Positions 38,584 to 46,591 of a stretch of 64,000 nt of DNA are shown here, piece by piece. The position numbers and the translations under genes were made by a program. This DNA is from Aquificaceae bacterium. Lineage in GTDB: Bacteria; Aquificota; Aquificia; Aquificales; Aquificaceae. Within the stretch, counting starts at the first letter, position 1, and each line of letters opens with the position of its first letter. The stretch covers positions 576,001 through 640,000 of the forward strand of contig JAXSNR010000002.1 of NCBI GenBank assembly GCA_037925075.1, given 5' to 3'. Below the pieces are notes generated by a model. The model did not search any database. It was not told the origin of the DNA and was given only the letters and a program-made list of their open reading frames with translations.

Positions 38584-40301
38584 GAAGGCTTTTCCTTCTT
38601 CTAATATTCTTGGTAAGTCTATCTTACTCTCAAACTGTAAGGGAGATGAAGTTTGAAAACGCAAGCTTGCAAACAGTCTTAAAAGCTCTATCAGAAGTTT
38701 CTGGCATGAACATTATCTTTGATCCAGAGATTGCTCAAGACCTTCAGAAAACCGTCAGCATTGCCATATATAAGCCTGTGCCCGTGGGAGAGGCCATGAA
38801 TATTATCTTAAAAGAATACAAGCTTATTGCAGTGCCTGAAGACGAAAAGGTTTTTCGCATAACTAAGAGTGCCGAAATAAATGTCAACGTGGCGGGGCTT
38901 GATGAGGCTAAAACAAATGAAATCATAAACTTTCTTAAAGTGCGTGTGAGTCCATCTGCGGAGATAATCATAGATAGAACATTAAAAACCATATACGTAA
39001 GAGATGAAGAAAAAAACATAAAAAGGCTTGAACCTTTCCTAAAGGATTACAAAAAATTAGCTGAAGCCCTTGTCCCACCGGAAGAGAGATCCACAAAGGT
39101 CTTTTACCTTAGAGGTATAAGCTTGGACGAAGCAGAAAAAAGACTAACCCCACATATAAGACAGGGAACCATAATCACAAAAGCCTATGATTTCTCAGCT
39201 TTGGTGATCACAGACAACTCCAAGCAAATAAAGCTATATTCTGAAATTTTAAAGCCCTTCCTATCCACTGAACCCACAGAAAGAAGGCCGGTTACAAAAA
39301 TATTCTATCTCAAATACATAAGCCCCGACGAGTTCATAAAGATGATAGAACCTCTAAGGTCAGAAGCGGGTATTGTCTTAAGCGGTGGTGTATTGGTAGA
39401 AAAACCAGAAACAACCCAACCAACAGGGCAACAACAGCAACAACAACAGCAAACCCAAAAGGTCCCAACCCCCATAATAAAGGAGTTCAACGCGGTTATG
39501 ATAACCGACTATCCCGATGTGATACAGACCATACGAGAAAGGTTTACAGAGTACATAAGCGAAAGCCCTGTTAGAGTTTCCATAGAAGCTCGTATACTAG
39601 AAATTAGAGAGGAAGCCCTAAGAGAGCTTGGCATAAACTGGAACCTTTTGCTTTCTCAGGCAAGCGTGCCACAGTTTTGGGGAGGTGGAGCTGGCTCAAA
39701 CATAGGCATAGGTGTAGCACCTAATCCAAACCCCGGGCTTTCTACAACGGCTGGTGGCATCCTTACTTTTACCTATCAAAAGGGTATTTTGAACGCCCTA
39801 AACCTAAGAATATCAGCCCTTGAGAGGATAAATAAGGCAAGAAGCTTGGCAAAGCCCATGGTCATAACCATAAACGGACAGAAAGCTACCATAAGGCAAG
39901 GTGTGCAAGTACCCTATCAGACAACTGCAGTCGGTCCTGGTGCCACCGCAGTGGCAAACGTACAGTTTAAGGATGTGGTCTTACAGCTTGATGTCACACC
40001 GATTGTTTCTCCTGATGGTAGGATCCTTATGGATGTGGAAATAAAGCGGGATACCCTTGGCGTTCAAACACAACAAGGACCAGCCATAAACACAAAGGAG
40101 GTAAAAACCAAAGTGGTAGTGGAAAATGGTCAAACCTTGGTGCTCGGTGGCATTTTGGACAATCAAGACAATATTACCAACGAAGGTATACCCGGCTTAG
40201 TAAGGGTTCCCCTGTTTAATTATCTGTTTGGACAGGAAAGGCTGACCAAGTTAGACACGGAGCTACTTATTTTCATAACTCCCACCCTTTTAACCCAATG
40301 A
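38580..40301 (+). CDS. pilQ: Type IV pilus secretin PilQ
   Basis: STN/N domains, VSIEARILE, ELGINW, LDVTPIV, NGQTLVLGG, GIPGLVRVP, ELLIFITP. Confidence 0.92.
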   Translation: MRRLFLLLIFLVSLSYSQTVREMKFENASLQTVLKALSEVSGMNIIFDPEIAQDLQKTVSIAIYKPVPVGEAMNIILKEYKLIAVPEDEKVFRITKSAEINVNVAGLDEAKTNEIINFLKVRVSPSAEIIIDRTLKTIYVRDEEKNIKRLEPFLKDYKKLAEALVPPEERSTKVFYLRGISLDEAEKRLTPHIRQGTIITKAYDFSALVITDNSKQIKLYSEILKPFLSTEPTERRPVTKIFYLKYISPDEFIKMIEPLRSEAGIVLSGGVLVEKPETTQPTGQQQQQQQQTQKVPTPIIKEFNAVMITDYPDVIQTIRERFTEYISESPVRVSIEARILEIREEALRELGINWNLLLSQASVPQFWGGGAGSNIGIGVAPNPNPGLSTTAGGILTFTYQKGILNALNLRISALERINKARSLAKPMVITINGQKATIRQGVQVPYQTTAVGPGATAVANVQFKDVVLQLDVTPIVSPDGRILMDVEIKRDTLGVQTQQGPAINTKEVKTKVVVENGQTLVLGGILDNQDNITNEGIPGLVRVPLFNYLFGQERLTKLDTELLIFITPTLLTQ

Positions 40302-40924
40302 TAAAGGTAGCCATAAAGGGAATAAACGAAAGCAACTTGGAAGATATTTCTCTTAAGCTTTCAGATCTGGGTATAGACCCAGCACCAGTTTATAGAAGTA
40401 TCTTTGAAGGAAAAGGGCAAGCAATAATAAACTGTCCAAAAGAAAAACTTCAAGAAATCCAAAACCTTCTGGGTAAGGACTATCAAATAACCCCCCTTGA
40501 AGAGGGCAACACACAAACCCATCCAAATTTTTACATACCCCTTTTATCTTTGTTTTTGGACAACCTTTTGGCTTTTTACCTTCTAAAGCTTTCCATATGG
40601 TCGGAGGGCTTTGGCAGGGTCCTAGTTAGCCTGTTTGGTGGTAGCATTGCGACAGTATGGGCTAGAAACATACTTAGCCTTCTCTTTTTGGGTCTTTATC
40701 ACTATGCCTTTTTGTTTGAAAAGGGGGCTCCACCAGTAGCCAAACTTCTTGGCCTAAACTACACAAGGGACAAGCTTTGGATCTTTTTAAGCTACACCTT
40801 TCCCTTGATAGGCATATATCTTATAAGCATCGGCTCCAACCTCTTTAAACTCTTGGGCTTAGGGCTTCTTTCCTTTGCCATTGGCATAGCTCTTTATTCC
40901 AAGGACAGCGTGAAGTTTTCGTGA
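40298..40924 (+). CDS. Hypothetical membrane protein
   Basis: Soluble N-terminus, about 4 TM C-terminus; translationally coupled to pilQ. Confidence 0.6.
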   Translation: MIKVAIKGINESNLEDISLKLSDLGIDPAPVYRSIFEGKGQAIINCPKEKLQEIQNLLGKDYQITPLEEGNTQTHPNFYIPLLSLFLDNLLAFYLLKLSIWSEGFGRVLVSLFGGSIATVWARNILSLLFLGLYHYAFLFEKGAPPVAKLLGLNYTRDKLWIFLSYTFPLIGIYLISIGSNLFKLLGLGLLSFAIGIALYSKDSVKFS

Positions 40925-40930
40925 AGCTAC

Positions 40931-40991
40931 TTGACAAAACTCAAAAAAGGAATAAAGTATAACCAACCCTACTTTGCCCGGGCAGATAGGG
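40931..40991 (+). promoter_or_regulatory. Pilin promoter and 5'-UTR hairpin
   Basis: TTGACA-16nt-TAAAGT; CCCTA..TGCC/GGCA..TAGGG hairpin 40967-40991. Confidence 0.45.
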
Positions 40992-41015
40992 AATAAACTT
41001 ATGGGAGGTTTAGCC

Positions 41016-41477
41016 ATGAAGAAGCTGTTCAGACAAACCCAGAGAGCCATAAGGCTCAACGCAGACAAGGGTTTTACCCTCATTGAGCTCCTTGTGGTCA
41101 TAGCCATCATAGCCATCTTGGCATCCTTGGCAATACCCCAGTATCTTGCCTACCAAAGAAAGTCAAAGGTCAGCTCCTATGCAGAACCCATAGCAAGGGG
41201 TTGTCTAATGGACTATGCTGGATGGTGTCAGGAGAATCCCGGTCAAACGCCAGCTGTAGCTAATCTCAGAAATTGTTATGACACAACCGCAAGTGATCAA
41301 ACCTTTACCACAGCGGGCGGTGATGTTGATTTGTCAACTGGCACCCTTCAAGCATGCAACGCGGACGGATCTCCGGGTGCACAGGTTGTAAAAGCATTCC
41401 TAGCTAACGTTACTGACTTTGTGGCGGAGTGTTTTACTTCCTCTTCTAGTATAAGGTGCACTGTTAGGACTCCATAA
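41016..41477 (+). CDS. pilA: Type IV major pilin
   Basis: KG|FTLIELLVVIAIIAILASLAIPQY; GGAGG RBS; own promoter. Confidence 0.9.
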   Translation: MKKLFRQTQRAIRLNADKGFTLIELLVVIAIIAILASLAIPQYLAYQRKSKVSSYAEPIARGCLMDYAGWCQENPGQTPAVANLRNCYDTTASDQTFTTAGGDVDLSTGTLQACNADGSPGAQVVKAFLANVTDFVAECFTSSSSIRCTVRTP

Positions 41478-41480
41478 GCT

Positions 41481-41915
41481 ATGTCTTATTGCAGGTGCCC
41501 CCGCACTGGGGGCTTTTCTATAATAGAGCTTGTTGTAGTTATTTCCATTATTGCCATATTGGTTTCCATAGCGGTTCCATCTTACATTAAATACACGGAA
41601 AAATCAAGGGTTTCTTCCTATGCCCTGCCTGTGCTTAGGGGCTGTATGGCGGACATTGCGTCCTATTGTGCTTCCAATAGCCCACCTTCTGGTACGGAAG
41701 ATTACGGAAATCCAGTGGGAAACGCTAGATTTCCAAATTGTAAAGCTAATATACCAACTCCTGTTGGCACAGTTACAATCTTAGCTCTTGAAAACCCTGT
41801 TTGTTCAAGTAGTGGGCTTCTTATTCAAGGAAGGCTTACCGCTTCTCTTCCTTCTGGGGGTTATAAGGCTTACTGCACCGTAGATGTGCGACCCTTTAGA
41901 TGCTACATAGAGTAG
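41481..41915 (+). CDS. Second type IV pilin (paralog of pilA)
   Basis: GG|FSIIELVVVISIIAILVSIAVPSY; shares KS.VSSYA.P..RGC..D.A..C with pilA. Confidence 0.85.
   Translation: MSYCRCPRTGGFSIIELVVVISIIAILVSIAVPSYIKYTEKSRVSSYALPVLRGCMADIASYCASNSPPSGTEDYGNPVGNARFPNCKANIPTPVGTVTILALENPVCSSSGLLIQGRLTASLPSGGYKAYCTVDVRPFRCYIE
41497..41517 (+). terminator. Intrinsic terminator inside the leader of the second pilin
   Basis: GCCCCC-GCACT-GGGGGC-TTTT 20 nt after the pilA stop. Confidence 0.6.
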
Positions 41916-43837
41916 TGCTTTTCCATAAGCTTTTTGATGGATAGCTTAACCTCTCCTATGAATTCTGCGTAAAGCTTCAAAAAGGCTTCCATAAAATCCT
42001 TTACTTTTTCTTCTTCGTACAGCTCAAGGATGTGCCCTATAACATACACACTCCATTGATAGGTGTTGTGAAAAACAAGCACATAAGCCACATTTCCAAT
42101 CGCTTGTATATAGCTTTCAAGCACAGCCATAAAATGTAGGGCTTCCCTTAGGTTTGTGGGCTTTGGCGTGGATAAGATTACAGCTTCAAGCCTATCAAAA
42201 ATGTTGTAAAGGTCCTCAAAAAATCCTTTCAAGTCTACGTTTCCCACATAGTCTCTTCTGAAGTTCTGTTTTATAAGCCTTAAAACCTCTTCTTTGCTTG
42301 TTTTTGTGTCTATAAAAAGCTCTTCTGGCTCAAGGGGGATGGCACCCTCTATCTTTATACCATCGGAAAGGTTATAGACTTTTATACCATATTCGTGTAT
42401 TGTCTTGTGTATGGCATAGCCCGTTTCTTCAAAAAGGGTTTCTGTATAGACAAAACCGCCAAAGTTTCCCGGCACAACCTTGTTTAAGTTTACCTTTGAC
42501 TTGTATAGCATGCTCTTGGAGTTATAGTAGTTGCTAAGCTTTGAGTGATGCACTTTTGGGTCTTTTGAGCCTAAATCTACACCAAAAAGGTAAATCTCTT
42601 CAAAGCCCAGATGGGCACATAGAGAAACACCCAAGGCGGTAACCGTTGGACCTATGTTAGCAAGCTGGGGAGCCTTTATAAACTTCCTTAGCATGTTGGC
42701 ACCCGTATCGTTAAACTTTAGGATTATTCCACCTTCCTCAAAGAGGTCAAAGCACTGGGTCCATACGGTGTTGCTTGTTACAAGAAATATACCTTTTAGA
42801 AACTCAGGGTCCACCTCAGAAAGCACATCGTAGGTGTATTTTGTCCTTTCTAATTCCACATGGATGTCTGGCTTTATACCTGCCTTTTGCAGGCTTGTTA
42901 TGGTAGAACCGCAAGAGACTATAAGGGCACGGTCCTTATACCTTTTTATGAGGTCCAGATTTTTGTCAAGGCTTGGACCAGCACCAAGCACAAAGGCTGG
43001 AAAGTCCTTTGGAACTTTTACATCTCCGTAGTAGAGAGGAATCCCTTTTAGTATCTTCTCTGTGGTCCAATCCAAAGACCAAAGCTCATCATCAAAAAAG
43101 CCATAAAAAAGTTGTCTAAGCATAGGGTGTTTTCTAAGCCAATCTATGGGCTTTAGGGGAGGTTCATATTCAAGGTGTTGGAAGTAGTATGTATAAAAGG
43201 CTGTTGCTGGGTTCATCCCTTGTATAGCTTTCAAAACCGGCTCATAGGCCTCGTCTGGGTGTTGGTCTGCGTATTTGTTATCAAGGATCACTATATGAAG
43301 CTGTCTTTTGCTTCCTGGCGAAAAGTATTCAAACACCCATTCCCAATCAAGCCAATAAAAACTTAGCTTAAAGTAAAGCGGTACATCTATCAGTATAAGG
43401 TTCTGGACCTCGTACCTTTCCAAGAGGCTCTTTATATGCATACCAAAGCCCACACCCACCACTATCAAAAGGGGTATAAACCCTCTTTTTAGGCTTGGGG
43501 GTTCATACATAGTTTTTGTAAGCTTTAGGAGTTTGTTAGCGTATCTGTAGGCTATTATGTCTTCCCTTTCTGGCGGGGCTTCAAAATTTACACTGTTAAA
43601 AAGCTTTGGCTCAAGCCTTTCAAAAACTTCAATCTGTTTATTCACCAAAGCAAGAACATCACCACCGTATATACTAACACCACCCACTATGGCATCAAGC
43701 TTTTCTCCCTTTTCCTTTATCTTTATTGGAGTTTTTACCTTTTTTACCGCCTCCGCCACGGGTGGAAGTTTTTCTTCAAAAAGCTTTAGATTCCTTCTGT
43801 AAAGGACCTCCCTTTCAACCCTTTTAAGAAAAGCCAT
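41903..43837 (-). CDS. Motility-associated factor (Maf/DUF115) glycosyltransferase
   Basis: LYRRNLKLF, VGVGFGMHI, GFFDDE, GAGPSLD, GIKPDIHVELER, PTVTA, IYLFGVDLG, HHSKLS, VPGNFG, YNLSDG. Confidence 0.85.
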   Translation of the reverse strand: MAFLKRVEREVLYRRNLKLFEEKLPPVAEAVKKVKTPIKIKEKGEKLDAIVGGVSIYGGDVLALVNKQIEVFERLEPKLFNSVNFEAPPEREDIIAYRYANKLLKLTKTMYEPPSLKRGFIPLLIVVGVGFGMHIKSLLERYEVQNLILIDVPLYFKLSFYWLDWEWVFEYFSPGSKRQLHIVILDNKYADQHPDEAYEPVLKAIQGMNPATAFYTYYFQHLEYEPPLKPIDWLRKHPMLRQLFYGFFDDELWSLDWTTEKILKGIPLYYGDVKVPKDFPAFVLGAGPSLDKNLDLIKRYKDRALIVSCGSTITSLQKAGIKPDIHVELERTKYTYDVLSEVDPEFLKGIFLVTSNTVWTQCFDLFEEGGIILKFNDTGANMLRKFIKAPQLANIGPTVTALGVSLCAHLGFEEIYLFGVDLGSKDPKVHHSKLSNYYNSKSMLYKSKVNLNKVVPGNFGGFVYTETLFEETGYAIHKTIHEYGIKVYNLSDGIKIEGAIPLEPEELFIDTKTSKEEVLRLIKQNFRRDYVGNVDLKGFFEDLYNIFDRLEAVILSTPKPTNLREALHFMAVLESYIQAIGNVAYVLVFHNTYQWSVYVIGHILELYEEEKVKDFMEAFLKLYAEFIGEVKLSIKKLMEKHYSM

Positions 43838-43846
43838 TTTAATATT

Positions 43847-44290
43847 TTACCTTACGTATACAGCTTCCACCCTTGCGGTTTGAGTTGGAGCATTGGCAGG
43901 AAAGCTTGATATGGATACAATCTTAAAGACCGCACCACCTTCGGAGCCACTCGTAGGCTCGTAGGATGCACCGCTTATCTCCTGCCCCGCTATTTGTATA
44001 GATCCTACTCTACAGACAAAGACCTGCGTCCTACCCAACTCCCCCCTTCCGGCTATCCTAAACTCCAAATTAAATTCAGCACATCTTCCTTGTTCCCATT
44101 CGGTGGGAAAGTTGGTCAAAGAAGCACCATAGCGTGCTCCAGAGGACGCCGCCTCCTTTACAGTGCTAAAGGTTCTTAACTCTTCCGTTGTTTTTGTAAG
44201 CCTTGTGAGTATACCATAAAGAGCTACGACAAAAACACCAACCAGAATACTAAAAATCAAAGCATTTACTAAGGCGACACCCCTTTTCAT
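43847..44290 (-). CDS. pilX: Minor pilin PilX-like
   Basis: MKRG|VALVNAL (no E5); EAASSG; start 44290 with GGAGG RBS. Confidence 0.7.
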   Translation of the reverse strand: MKRGVALVNALIFSILVGVFVVALYGILTRLTKTTEELRTFSTVKEAASSGARYGASLTNFPTEWEQGRCAEFNLEFRIAGRGELGRTQVFVCRVGSIQIAGQEISGASYEPTSGSEGGAVFKIVSISSFPANAPTQTARVEAVYVR

Positions 44291-44301
44291 CCTCTTACCT
44301 C

Positions 44302-45198
44302 CTATTTTGCAAGGTTTGGCATAAGTATGTCCATTTCCACAGTAGCCCACTTTCTGAGCATGAAGTTGTTGTTGTTAGAAAAGTTTGGGTTTAACTGTCT
44401 AAGACTGCCACCCCCACACCTTTCCGAATAGGTAGGCTCAGACACCACACCAGAAGCCGGAGCGGATTCAGAAAGTTGCACCATCATACAAAGCCTAACC
44501 CCTACAAGGTCATCGTAATTGGGTGCGGTATCCTGAGATACAATCTCACCGTTTTGGTTTCTTACTAAGTACCTAAACCTGAGGTGTCCAACACAGGAGA
44601 TTATCTCACCAGCTCCGTTCATATCAAGTATTAGCCTACCGGTGCCCTGAAGGCAATAGGGTTGTGTGTTCTGATTGTCAAAGTACAATCTAACAACTTC
44701 TGGCTGATTTTGGTTTTGATAATTTTTTATAAAAGCAAGGCAGTTTCTTGTACAGTTTTGTATAAGACTTTTATCTGTTATGGAAATTCTAATTGGATAA
44801 TCTGCTACATCAGCAGAACAATTCTTGCCAGTTATTGACATGGTCGCAGGCTCATTTCCTACTTGGAGTTTAAACTCTCCCGTAGCGTCTATTATACCCC
44901 AGCATCCTGTTTGGATGTTTTGAGTGCTTGCCCTTGTTAGTACTGTTAATTGATTTGACTGTAAATTTATAACTGTGCCTATTTGGAGCTGGTTTTTGTC
45001 TATACCAAAGCCCGCAGTGGATAGCAATCTTGCGAGGTTATCTATAACAAAGTTTAGCTGTGCCTCTGTTTTCATGATGGTGGATTGTTCAGCGGTTCTA
45101 CCCACAAGCGTTCTGTATAAAGTAAGAATCCCAGCTCCCAGAATTAAGGTAAGTGCCATAACTACCAGAAGTTCAACCAATGTCATACCCCTTTTCAT
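44302..45198 (-). CDS. pilW: Minor pilin PilW-like
   Basis: RG|MTLVELLV; LSTAGFG; LRFRY; VGVRLCMM. Confidence 0.75.
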   Translation of the reverse strand: MKRGMTLVELLVVMALTLILGAGILTLYRTLVGRTAEQSTIMKTEAQLNFVIDNLARLLSTAGFGIDKNQLQIGTVINLQSNQLTVLTRASTQNIQTGCWGIIDATGEFKLQVGNEPATMSITGKNCSADVADYPIRISITDKSLIQNCTRNCLAFIKNYQNQNQPEVVRLYFDNQNTQPYCLQGTGRLILDMNGAGEIISCVGHLRFRYLVRNQNGEIVSQDTAPNYDDLVGVRLCMMVQLSESAPASGVVSEPTYSERCGGGSLRQLNPNFSNNNNFMLRKWATVEMDILMPNLAK

Positions 45199-46118
45199 GG
45201 CCTCTCCTTAAACACAATCTTATTAACAGCCCTATATCTTTTGTCTATCGGGTCAAAATACCAAGCAACAATACCTATGGCTTTCCCAGCTTCTTTTACA
45301 GGGTTTTTGTAGTAGTAGTAGTTTATTATGCCCATTCCCACAAAAACTCTATCCGCAGCTCCAGCACGCCGTAAATCAGAATCAGGACCACTTGTACCTT
45401 TGCCAAGTTCATAAGTACACTTTAAACCACCTATCTGGTTGGCATCCACTCTGTAGTTTGGTGAGTTGTCATAGCTATACCATGGACCTTCAACCGTATG
45501 TCGGCAGTTTCCAAGCCTACAAGCACAGTCCGAAGACCCCTGACCCTGACCCCAATATGGTAAAAACCTCATCCACCCCGCTAAATGTGCAGTTGGGCTG
45601 TTGTACTTCATATCACTTTCACCACAGCTTGTAGCACCATCTTTACAGTCATTATTCCCATAGTAGGGGTCAATAATTGCCACAATGTTATCGTTGTCCG
45701 CATCGTAGGGTCTAGCGATGTTGGCAAAGGGTGGCGTATAGTTTGGGTCCATAAAGGAGCAGTAATAACAGTTTGGATCATTAGAATTATTGCATACCTG
45801 ATTGGTTTGCCAGTTTCTTTTTTCTTTATCGCAATAGCCTCTGTTAAAAGCACAGTCGTAGCAATAATGGTCAGCACCCCCGGGTTGTTCGTTTGGGTCT
45901 GGGTTTAGAATCCATGAATTGTAGGGCAAAGATTCCATGTAGCTTGCCCATGTTTCTACCACTTGGACTGCGGTTTGTTTTAGTTTTGACCTTAGGTGGA
46001 GCCTCATGATTTCCAAAACCCCTTTAGCAAGGGCAATGCCAAGTAAAAGGATCATAACCATGGCAACCAAAACTTCTATTAAGCTAAATCCTTTGTTTTT
46101 TACTAATCTTGTGGGCAT
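45195..46118 (-). CDS. pilV: Minor pilin PilV-like with large Cys-rich domain
   Basis: KG|FSLIEVLVAM; 12 Cys; start MPTRL at 46118. Confidence 0.7.
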   Translation of the reverse strand: MPTRLVKNKGFSLIEVLVAMVMILLLGIALAKGVLEIMRLHLRSKLKQTAVQVVETWASYMESLPYNSWILNPDPNEQPGGADHYCYDCAFNRGYCDKEKRNWQTNQVCNNSNDPNCYYCSFMDPNYTPPFANIARPYDADNDNIVAIIDPYYGNNDCKDGATSCGESDMKYNSPTAHLAGWMRFLPYWGQGQGSSDCACRLGNCRHTVEGPWYSYDNSPNYRVDANQIGGLKCTYELGKGTSGPDSDLRRAGAADRVFVGMGIINYYYYKNPVKEAGKAIGIVAWYFDPIDKRYRAVNKIVFKERP

Positions 46119-46591
46119 GGTCCTTGACCCTCCACTACTCTTATTCTTCCATATCTGTTTATGCAAATGGTCTTTGAAATACCAAGCGGTTCGGAGGTTA
46201 TAACGATGTTGTTCATACCAATCCCACAGGACGCATCCCTTGGATACCCCATCCTGTCGTAGCTTATGACTCGGAGTTCTTGTACTGTTACACCGCTTGG
46301 AAGGTTAAAGGGTCTTACCAAATTGTTATTGCAGTCCGGCGTACAGCTGGTTGAAACTTTACACAACTTAACCGTATTGTCAGAAAGCACAACACCATGC
46401 ATATTTGGATTTGAAGCTGATAGCCTTCTGGCTTCTTCCAAAGCACCTATGACCAAGTTTATACCCTCCCTAAGTCTTGCTTGGTTTACTTGCCTCATTA
46501 AACTGATGAGGGCAACGCCGGCGAGTATGGAAAGTATTGCAATTACCACAAGAACTTCCATTATTGTTATGCCTCTCACTTTTCTATCCAT
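46103..46591 (-). CDS. Minor pilin FimT/FimU-like
   Basis: RG|ITIMEVLVV; LEEARRLS; ISYDRMG; INRYGRI. Confidence 0.75.
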   Translation of the reverse strand: MDRKVRGITIMEVLVVIAILSILAGVALISLMRQVNQARLREGINLVIGALEEARRLSASNPNMHGVVLSDNTVKLCKVSTSCTPDCNNNLVRPFNLPSGVTVQELRVISYDRMGYPRDASCGIGMNNIVITSEPLGISKTICINRYGRIRVVEGQGPCPQD

